A DNA stretch of 6,650 nt from a virus. Lineage: Duplodnaviria > Heunggongvirae > Uroviricota > Caudoviricetes. A program made the translations under genes and the position numbers. Of this stretch, positions 1 to 5,790 are shown piece by piece; within the stretch, counting starts at the first letter, position 1; every line of letters begins with the position of its first letter. The notes under the pieces were generated by a model. It saw only the letters and a list, made by a program, of their open reading frames with translations, was not told where the DNA came from and did not search any database. The stretch lies in IMG/VR virus record IMGVR_UViG_3300029315_000064, one strand, 5' to 3'.

Positions 1-976
1 GATTAATAGCGACAAGCGCATAAGTACCAACCGCGCCAACAACACCTATTTCCGGTGATGGGTCCGGTGAAAGACTTATATCTATGTTGCCATTTTCATC
101 CGGCGACTCCCCGTTAATCGTTTTAACCGGTTTAAGATTAGCCTCATTCCAGTATTTATACGTCTGCCCGCCGCACAGTAACACCAGGCCATCATAGTGA
201 ACTCCGCGTAATCTATAAAAAACCTTCTGATTGTTTTCTCCACGGGTCGAAAAATCTAAATAATCGCCCGACACATCTGATAAACCAGCAAATGAAAACA
301 ACGTCAAATCAGTGCCCGGTTTGTTTATATTTATTTGTTTTTTAGAGGATAAAACGTCTTCAAAAATCACATCATCTTTAAAAGTATTTGGATGAGTAAA
401 TGCATTACCCTTATCTCTATATGCAACGTCCCCATCTATACCAATATTTTTCCGCGCAGCCTGCTGAGCAGTTTCACCATTTGCGGGAATTTCAGATAAG
501 TTTTTACTTATCTGCAAATATTTTTTGTCAGCTTCCTCGGGAGTTACGTAGTTGTCATATACTACAACATTAACCGTAGATGTGCTGGACACCGCGAGTG
601 TGTATTTATACGTGATTGAAATCAGCGCACCGTTGCTGTCCGTAGGTTTTAAAATGTCCGGCGAGCGCGCCACAGAGTACAGCTCGCCTTTATCTGTTAA
701 TATCCCCACCTCACGGATAGTATAGCCCCCAGTGTCTGGCGGTACGTAAAGTGTAAAGATAACCTGGTTACCGCTATTTTCTGCGGATTTAATATCCCCA
801 CGATACGTCTCGTGAATTAATGCAGTTCGTGCCGGGTCCGGTGTTACGTCGTCGTTTCCGTTTGCGTCGCCAATAACGAATTTATTCAGCACCACGGGTA
901 CACCCGATGCCAGCGCAGCGGCTTCAAGTTGTGCGCCACGGTCTGTCAGTACTGCGTAAATTTTATTTTCAGCCAT
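1..976 (-). CDS. H: Tail fibre protein, N-terminal ~325 codons (P2 gpH-like conserved N-terminal domain); 3' end of the gene lies beyond the window start
   Basis: Minus-strand frame is open from ATG at 976..974 down to position 2 with no stop (hand translation). It is absent from the ORF track because its stop is outside the window. Product begins MAENKIYAVLTDRGAQLEAAALASGVPVVLNKFVIGDANGNDD...ALIHETYRGDIK...FTLYVPPDTGGYTIREVGILTDKGELYSVA, which matches by eye the conserved N-terminus of P2 gpH-family fibres as I recall it (LIHEV, PPEVGG, RELGLYD motifs). The ATG overlaps the gpI stop by 8 nt and a GGAG-rich stretch lies upstream. Confidence 0.85.
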   Translation of the reverse strand, partial: MAENKIYAVLTDRGAQLEAAALASGVPVVLNKFVIGDANGNDDVTPDPARTALIHETYRGDIKSAENSGNQVIFTLYVPPDTGGYTIREVGILTDKGELYSVARSPDILKPTDSNGALISITYKYTLAVSSTSTVNVVVYDNYVTPEEADKKYLQISKNLSEIPANGETAQQAARKNIGIDGDVAYRDKGNAFTHPNTFKDDVIFEDVLSSKKQININKPGTDLTLFSFAGLSDVSGDYLDFSTRGENNQKVFYRLRGVHYDGLVLLCGGQTYKYWNEANLKPVKTINGESPDENGNIDISLSPDPSPEIGVVGAVGTYALVAIN

Positions 977-1566
977 TTGGCCCTATCTCCACATTTAAAC
1001 TAACAATTGGTGAGCCCGATATATATAGCCCGCCGTTAATTTTTACACCGCCGTCGCCGTCTGCTGGGACGTTTACGCCTATTTTCGCGTAAGGTGTACC
1101 GGCTATAAAAAACTCACCATCGACACCCGTTTCGAAATTTATTTCTTTTAATAAGGAACGACAATTTTTTGCATCAAATATTTGTGCAATAAATGTATTC
1201 AATAGTTCTAAATCTAACCCCATGCTTTTTAGCAGATATATTTTAATTGCGAATGTATACGGGTCGTCCCTGGGCGTGGCTTCAAACCACTCTCTCATTT
1301 TGCTCTCAAAGCCAACAGTTAATAACGCTCGTTCAACAGCTCCACGCGTTCCGCGGTGCTTATTCTGCCACGCAGCTNNNNNNNNNNGGGTTCCAGTAGG
1401 TGACCGCGTACTCCCACGCCAGCCACGGCAACAGATTTGCAGGGCACAAATCGGGATTTTTAATAATTCGAATATCGCCAGGCAGATCGCCGACGTGAGA
1501 TAAAACAACCTCAAGCGCCCTCTCAGGGGTTATTGCGTTCGGAGGCAGTACGCTTTGACTTGTCAT
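969..1566 (-). CDS. I: Baseplate/tail protein gpI-like (P2 tail protein I family), interrupted by a 10-N assembly gap at 1378..1387
   Basis: Track ORFs 1360..1566 and 969..1514 are the two halves of one gene. The N-terminal half (MTSQSVLPPNAITPERALEVV...IRIIKNPDLCPANLLPWLAWEYAVTYWN) matches the P2 gpI N-terminus (NPDTCPANLLPWLAWAFSV motif). The C-terminal half after the gap (AAWQNKHRGTRGAVERAL...EWFEATPRDDPYTF...) matches the gpI middle and C-terminal region. The frames differ by 1 nt across the N-run, as expected if the true gap length is a multiple of 3 rather than 10. The ATG at 1566..1564 lies 2 nt after the J stop. Confidence 0.8.
1378..1387. other. Assembly gap / ambiguous bases (10 x N) inside the gpI coding sequence
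   Basis: Literal run of n in the sequence; the gpI homology continues on both sides in frames offset by 1 nt. Confidence 0.99.
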
Positions 1567-1568
1567 GG

Positions 1569-2489
1569 CTACCCCATTTGCACGCTGAGTTTGATTTCTG
1601 TGCAGTACGGAGCCTGCCCGACGCCAGCGATCACATCCTCTGTTGGCGATATCAGAATCACACGTTCAGTGCCGTCACGATGTATCGCGTCGTAAATTCC
1701 TGACAGAGCTGCCGTCGCTCCGATTTTATGTTGCGTATCCACATATATCGCCAAATCGCTCTGAGCACCGTTAAGCAAAACGTTCTGGTCGGGTCCGAGC
1801 CCGGCTACGATAACGGCCTCAACCCGGTAATTCAGGTTCGACGCAGGTTTTACAGTCACGAAATCAGTCAGCGGTCGAGTATCGTCAGGAGACAGGGCCG
1901 CATTCACTGTATTCAGTAGTGATTGAGGCGGAGTGCCGTCGCCGGTTCGCGACAAGACATACATATCGACGTATCCAGGCTGGGTCACCGGCGGGCCGTA
2001 CGCCTGAGCTGACAGAACGTCGGGATCACTCGACAGCGCGAAATAGTTATAGGCGTTCGTACTGCCGGCAGTATTCCGCGCATACCATGATAGCTGTATT
2101 CGGTGTCGATACTCGTCGTCACTCTCGTAAACAGCCTCAGTCGGGGGAATTACATCGGGATTAGCTGGCGTTATCAACAGCCGCAGGCAGTCAAAATTAG
2201 CGCCAATCTGGTCGAGGTCACTCCCCTTTGCAAACGCGAGCAATACAGCGAGCATCCCCTGATTTACCCGAGCTGTAATAATGATTTCTCTGTATGCAAC
2301 TATTTCCAGCAGTTTAACGGCCGGGTCTGACTCCAGGAGTGCGTTAAATTGTGGATATAATATCTGCAGCTCTGACAGTAGATTAGATTTAACATCTGAA
2401 AATAACGGGGTTTTAACGAATGCTGGCGGCGGCAGCAGACTCATATCAATAGTTTTCACTATCGAATTCTGAACTGTTGATGTTATCAA
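1569..2489 (-). CDS. J: Baseplate assembly protein J (P2 gpJ-like)
   Basis: 306-aa ORF. Product aligns along its length with P2 gpJ as recalled (VKLLEIVAYREIIITARVN vs VKLLEENAYRELIWRQRVN; GANF..LRLLITPANPDVIPPTEAVYESDDEYRHRIQ vs GANYN.TRLTITPADDSTIPPTPAVMESDTDYRLRIQ; C-terminal YCTEI vs FCTEY). The ATG overlaps the W stop as ATGA (2486..2489). Confidence 0.9.
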   Translation of the reverse strand: MITSTVQNSIVKTIDMSLLPPPAFVKTPLFSDVKSNLLSELQILYPQFNALLESDPAVKLLEIVAYREIIITARVNQGMLAVLLAFAKGSDLDQIGANFDCLRLLITPANPDVIPPTEAVYESDDEYRHRIQLSWYARNTAGSTNAYNYFALSSDPDVLSAQAYGPPVTQPGYVDMYVLSRTGDGTPPQSLLNTVNAALSPDDTRPLTDFVTVKPASNLNYRVEAVIVAGLGPDQNVLLNGAQSDLAIYVDTQHKIGATAALSGIYDAIHRDGTERVILISPTEDVIAGVGQAPYCTEIKLSVQMG

Positions 2490-2827
2490 AATATCAGCTC
2501 CATATTATTAAACTCTAATCGCTGTTGTGTTTCGATATCTGTTGCGATAATTAATATTGTTATTTTCCCGATATCCACTGCTAACACATTTATTCTGTCA
2601 ATTCTGACGCGTGGTTCCCATCGTGCTATTGCGCCAGCGCTTTCCATGATTATTCGCATAGCAAGCGACGGATCTGTGGGATTATCAACAAGATCAAATA
2701 ATTTGCTGCCATATTCCGGCAGCATTACACGCGTCCCCAGCGGGGTCGTTAAAATATCAACGATAGACTGACGAATGTGATCAGTCCCCGATAAAAGTTT
2801 ACCGGTGTTACGGTCCATTCCAAGCAT
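2486..2827 (-). CDS. W: Baseplate wedge protein gpW-like (GPW/gp25 family)
   Basis: Track ORF is 2486..2875 (129 aa). Similarity to P2 gpW as recalled begins near MLGMDRNTGK (LGMNRSDG in P2) and includes a shared WEPRV motif. I chose the ATG at 2827..2825 because it lies 2 nt after the V stop (TAA at 2832..2830), giving a coupled arrangement. The longer start at 2875 would overlap V by 46 nt and has no clear SD, but cannot be excluded. Confidence 0.8.
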   Translation of the reverse strand: MLGMDRNTGKLLSGTDHIRQSIVDILTTPLGTRVMLPEYGSKLFDLVDNPTDPSLAMRIIMESAGAIARWEPRVRIDRINVLAVDIGKITILIIATDIETQQRLEFNNMELIF

Positions 2828-2829
2828 CT

Positions 2830-3732
2830 TTACGCCATTGGTTGGTTCGGTTGTTGAGTTTCCCCGTCCGGACATATATGAGTGTGTCCGTTATACGTTG
2901 TGCGGACTTCAGTTATTGTGCCTTGTCGGTCCTGCACCTCTTGCCCTGCTAACACACTACCGCGAGTTGTGATATTACCTGTTCCACCGTTATCTCCAGT
3001 GACAGAAATATCGTTACGGAATGTCGCTAATTTATCTACTACTAATGTCTCGGTAATATGCGTTGGACCAGCTAGTGTTATACCACCCGGAGCCCACGCG
3101 CTGATTGTTTGAGCTGTCAGCGATATTCTGTTCGCAGCAGTAACACTAACAGAACTCGTTGCTATAACGTTCACTAAATCAGCATGTGCGTTAATTGTAT
3201 CTGTCGCTGTGACATTAATAATATCAGCGTCTGCGTTAATTAATTTCCCACCATGGATATTAACTACATTTTCGCTATTAATAGTAACATCTGCGCGTCC
3301 AAATATTTCTATTTCAGACTCACCGAGTATTTTTACCACGCCGTCCGGTACGCCCTGCCATGTCAGAGTGTGATTTTTTGTGTTATACGTCATCGTAGCC
3401 CCGTCACAGTATGCAGTGACATGATCATGGGGGTCATTGCTTGGCGGAGCTTTGTCGTCAATGTGCAGCCCGAGCATAACTACACCGTTCCGCGTATCCC
3501 CACCCTCAGAAACAACAGTAACGGGATCGCCCACTGATGGTGCGCTCCAGTCGACGCGTTCTGAGGTGGCGTGAGTAAACCACTGCAGCCAGCCTGACTG
3601 GTGTTCGCCACCAAATGAGACTCGGCAGCGTGGAGGATTCATTTTAACTGCAGCTATCGTGCCGCGTTTAACTGCGTCACGCAGCCTGCGCGCGTTCTCC
3701 GCTGCAGCATATTCATCGTCCGATTGGGCCAT
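2830..3732 (-). CDS. V: Baseplate central spike protein gpV-like (gp5-type OB-fold N-domain, extended beta-helix, C-terminal HxH apex motif)
   Basis: Track ORF is 2830..3747. The N-domain RCRVSFGGEHQSGWLQWFTHATSERVDWSAPSVGDPV matches the P2 gpV RCRVQTGG..DWLQWLTH...WWAPSVGEQV region as recalled. The C-terminus YNGHTHICPDGE resembles the P2 gpV HTHKHPGD apex motif. I prefer the second ATG (3732..3730; GAGG about 9 nt upstream; N-terminal length matches P2 gpV), but the ATG at 3747 is possible. Confidence 0.85.
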   Translation of the reverse strand: MAQSDDEYAAAENARRLRDAVKRGTIAAVKMNPPRCRVSFGGEHQSGWLQWFTHATSERVDWSAPSVGDPVTVVSEGGDTRNGVVMLGLHIDDKAPPSNDPHDHVTAYCDGATMTYNTKNHTLTWQGVPDGVVKILGESEIEIFGRADVTINSENVVNIHGGKLINADADIINVTATDTINAHADLVNVIATSSVSVTAANRISLTAQTISAWAPGGITLAGPTHITETLVVDKLATFRNDISVTGDNGGTGNITTRGSVLAGQEVQDRQGTITEVRTTYNGHTHICPDGETQQPNQPMA

Positions 3733-4249
3733 AATAGTCGCCCTCATGTTCTGCGCCGATATCTGGTGCTATTCCGACGTATATATTTTTCAGGGTCCCC
3801 TGTGAGGGATAATCGAAAATATCTGGACCAACGCCTACAACCTGCGTGAACGACACGCACTGAACTGAATGCGAACCGACTGACTGCCCGTTTTTAATCC
3901 AGTCGCACGGTTCCGCGTCGCTGAATTTTGCCGGTTTAGTTCCGGGACCGAACATTCGCCCATTGATCCAGCTCGTCATATAGAGCGCTGCATTCTGCGA
4001 TTTCAGTCCGTACTGATCAGCTGCAAATTCACGCAGCAAATACAAATTACACGACAGCTCGACTGACTGAATTGAGCCTGGAACCGATTCGTCACTCTGT
4101 GACCAGTTGCTGATTTCCAGGAACAGAGCTGGCGTTTCAAATCCAGCCGGAATTTCCGGATAAATTCCGAATGTTTTGATGAACGGTATTTGTAAAACCG
4201 CGCCTTTAACGCGATCAAGATATTCGTCAAATGCATCCAGTCCGCTCAT
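3713..4249 (-). CDS. Putative tail-completion / tail-terminator protein (position equivalent to lambda U or P2 R/S); function not established
   Basis: 178-aa ORF whose ATG overlaps the upstream stop as ATGA (4246..4249), in the same operon and strand. Only a weak by-eye resemblance to lambda gpU in the segment ETPALFLEISNWSQSDESVPGSIQSVELSCNLYLL. The call rests mainly on synteny between the head-joining genes and baseplate V. Confidence 0.55.
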   Translation of the reverse strand: MSGLDAFDEYLDRVKGAVLQIPFIKTFGIYPEIPAGFETPALFLEISNWSQSDESVPGSIQSVELSCNLYLLREFAADQYGLKSQNAALYMTSWINGRMFGPGTKPAKFSDAEPCDWIKNGQSVGSHSVQCVSFTQVVGVGPDIFDYPSQGTLKNIYVGIAPDIGAEHEGDYYGPIGR

Positions 4250-4926
4250 AATCGTTTACCTGTTTTTGGGTCTACGTGGACATTACCTTTCACGCGACCG
4301 CGCAAATCTTTCTCAAAAAAGCCCATAAAAACAGGGCCAATGTTTTCAAAAATATAATCATCGATAGCATCCTCCAGCGCGTCGTGCACAGGTACGCGAG
4401 CCTCTTCGATTCCTCCGCGATCCAGTCGAATCCAGACACTTTTCGCACCGTAGCGTTTCGCTACGAATGAATCGGGCCAACTCATCATCGCCAGCCCTGC
4501 ACTTTTGGGTGTAAAAGTTGCCCCTCTAGCGCCTTTTTTGGTTTTCAAAAACAGGCCGGTCTCAAGATCGCGAGGCTGTTTTTGCCTCCGTGGATTTTGT
4601 AATCGCCCCTTTAGCTCAGATACCCGGAAATCATTCAGACCGTACCAGAGCTTGGCGCTGCTCAGGTCTCCTGCCCCTTCTTTTGTAAAATTACGGCGCT
4701 TAATGAACGGCTTGATTCGTTTATCTACGGCCTTATGATTTTTAGCTGCCAGTGCAGTCAAAATCATTCCTGCTGAAATTCGGTGCATATGTTTTGCAGT
4801 TCGGTTCAGCGCCCTGTTGTATACCATTAACATTTGATGTTGCGTCGCGCTGATTTCGACTCTGAGCTGCTCCAGCGCCGAAACATCGATATCGAACATC
4901 TGCGCGTTACTACGTAAATCGGCCAC
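4246..4926 (-). CDS. Putative basic minor tail / tail-completion protein (possibly lambda Z-like); function not established
   Basis: 226-aa ORF starting at GTG 4926..4924, preceded by AAGGGGG (4937..4931, minus strand) with a 4-5 nt spacer. An alternative ATG at 4899 has no SD. The protein is lysine/arginine-rich, with a faint resemblance to lambda gpZ as recalled. The stop overlaps the next gene's ATG. Confidence 0.55.
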   Translation of the reverse strand: MADLRSNAQMFDIDVSALEQLRVEISATQHQMLMVYNRALNRTAKHMHRISAGMILTALAAKNHKAVDKRIKPFIKRRNFTKEGAGDLSSAKLWYGLNDFRVSELKGRLQNPRRQKQPRDLETGLFLKTKKGARGATFTPKSAGLAMMSWPDSFVAKRYGAKSVWIRLDRGGIEEARVPVHDALEDAIDDYIFENIGPVFMGFFEKDLRGRVKGNVHVDPKTGKRL

Positions 4927-4936
4927 GGTTCCCCCT

Positions 4937-4960
4937 TAAGTGGGACCGAGGTCCCACTTA
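4937..4960. repeat. Perfect 11-bp inverted repeat with a 2-nt spacer (24-bp palindrome TAAGTGGGACC-GA-GGTCCCACTTA)
   Basis: Read directly from the sequence: 4937..4947 is the exact reverse complement of 4950..4960. It overlaps the TAA stop (4960..4958) of the FII-position gene and ends 0-5 nt before the SD of the next gene. A second small inverted repeat AGTATT-TTG-AATACT lies at 4960..4974. Confidence 0.85.
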
Positions 4961-5338
4961 GTATTTTGAATACTCGCTGTTTTCGCTGGACGTGTGAGGC
5001 TCTAAAAAAATATTCGTGAGCCCTGTGCCATCAGGTTGAGGCTCTTTAACCACGTAATCGGTCCAGCCAGACCAGGTAACAGAGCCGTCAGGTTCGATGC
5101 TGCGCTGCTTTGGAACCTGGACGACGTCACGCGCAACAACGCCAGCGACGTCGTCCGAGAGCGCCGTCAGGCTCGTTACTGTACCGGTAATAAAACCAGC
5201 GTGAGGAACGTCAACGCGCGCGTAAGGCTCGTTGAAAATAGCGATAATGGGGTCGGTTTTACCGCGTAATTTAACGGGCCGTCCCCACTCACGGATCATC
5301 TCCTCGTCGCCGGCCCGGAGGTCATCGTAGTAGCTCAT
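4958..5338 (-). CDS. Putative head-tail joining protein (in the position of lambda FII)
   Basis: 126-aa ORF whose ATG overlaps the FI-like stop as ATGA (5335..5338). It immediately follows the FI homolog, as FII does in lambda. Sequence similarity to lambda FII is marginal by eye (C-terminal PDGTGLTNIFL vs PDDGGSCHLWL). Confidence 0.6.
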   Translation of the reverse strand: MSYYDDLRAGDEEMIREWGRPVKLRGKTDPIIAIFNEPYARVDVPHAGFITGTVTSLTALSDDVAGVVARDVVQVPKQRSIEPDGSVTWSGWTDYVVKEPQPDGTGLTNIFLEPHTSSENSEYSKY

Positions 5339-5754
5339 AGAGCGTAAACGTGATCAGCTGCGATAAGGTCTGCGACCTCCGGTGAATCAACAACAATTTC
5401 ACGGCCTGCGGCAACAATCTCGCGAACGCGACGCCCGTTCACGTAGTGATAAACGTCCAGCGTGTTACGCAACTTGACGCGGCGCGTAGCCGGTGCGAGC
5501 TCCTGCTCTTGTGACTGTGAAACGATAGCGCTCGCGATTGATTGAGCGAGTTCATTATCGGTCCCGGACGCAGTATTCACTGTAATCTCGATGCCTCCCG
5601 CGTCACCGGATTGCTCGTTCAGAATATCGAGCTCTGACTCAGCGCCGGCAACGATTGATTCCAGTTCCGCAATAGTCCCGCTGCGCGGTAATTCGCGACC
5701 GAGCTGAGCGCTCAGATCGTCAATACGCGCCAGCAATTCTGTTTTTGTGCTCAT
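5335..5754 (-). CDS. FI: DNA-packaging protein FI-like
   Basis: 139-aa ORF. The N-terminus MSTKTELLARIDDLSAQLGRELPRSGTIAELESIVAGAESELD aligns by eye with lambda gpFI MTKDELIARLRSLGEQLNRDVSLTGTKEELALRVAELKEELD as recalled. AAGGAA SD lies 5 nt upstream of the ATG at 5754..5752. Confidence 0.85.
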   Translation of the reverse strand: MSTKTELLARIDDLSAQLGRELPRSGTIAELESIVAGAESELDILNEQSGDAGGIEITVNTASGTDNELAQSIASAIVSQSQEQELAPATRRVKLRNTLDVYHYVNGRRVREIVAAGREIVVDSPEVADLIAADHVYAL

Positions 5755-5765
5755 GTTGATTCCTT

Positions 5766-5790
5766 AACAAAAAAGAGCCTTTCGACTCTT
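5766..5790 (-). terminator. Rho-independent terminator / attenuator immediately after the major capsid gene
   Basis: Minus-strand RNA: AAGAGUC-GAAA-GGCUCUU, a 7-bp stem (one G.U pair) with a GAAA tetraloop, followed by UUUUGUU. It starts inside the E stop codon, and the SD and ATG of the FI-like gene follow directly. Confidence 0.6.

Noticed and set aside
969-1566. Two separate genes (969..1514 and 1360..1566) as listed in the ORF track
   Set aside because: Both carry consecutive parts of the gpI homology, and the out-of-frame tails on either side of the N-run are artefacts of the gap, so I merged them into one CDS.
2828-2875. N-terminal extension of W (MSGRGNSTTEPTNGVK) giving the 129-aa longest ORF
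   Set aside because: It would overlap V by 46 nt, lacks a clear SD, and the gpW similarity starts near the downstream Met; kept only as an alternative start.
4003-4236. 77-aa minus-strand ORF nested in another frame inside the 178-aa gene
   Set aside because: Fully contained within a better-supported, translationally coupled gene; no independent start signal seen.
4534-4539. A6 homopolymer (ACC AAA AAA GGC) inside the 226-aa gene as a possible programmed frameshift or slippage site
   Set aside because: Only 6 nt long, not in a canonical X_XXY_YYZ register for the reading frame, and no extended alternative-frame ORF or downstream structure is evident.
4937-4960. Palindrome as a Rho-independent terminator for the minus-strand operon
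   Set aside because: On the minus-strand RNA the hairpin is followed by AGGGGGAACC, not a U-tract, so it was kept as a repeat/regulatory candidate rather than called a terminator.
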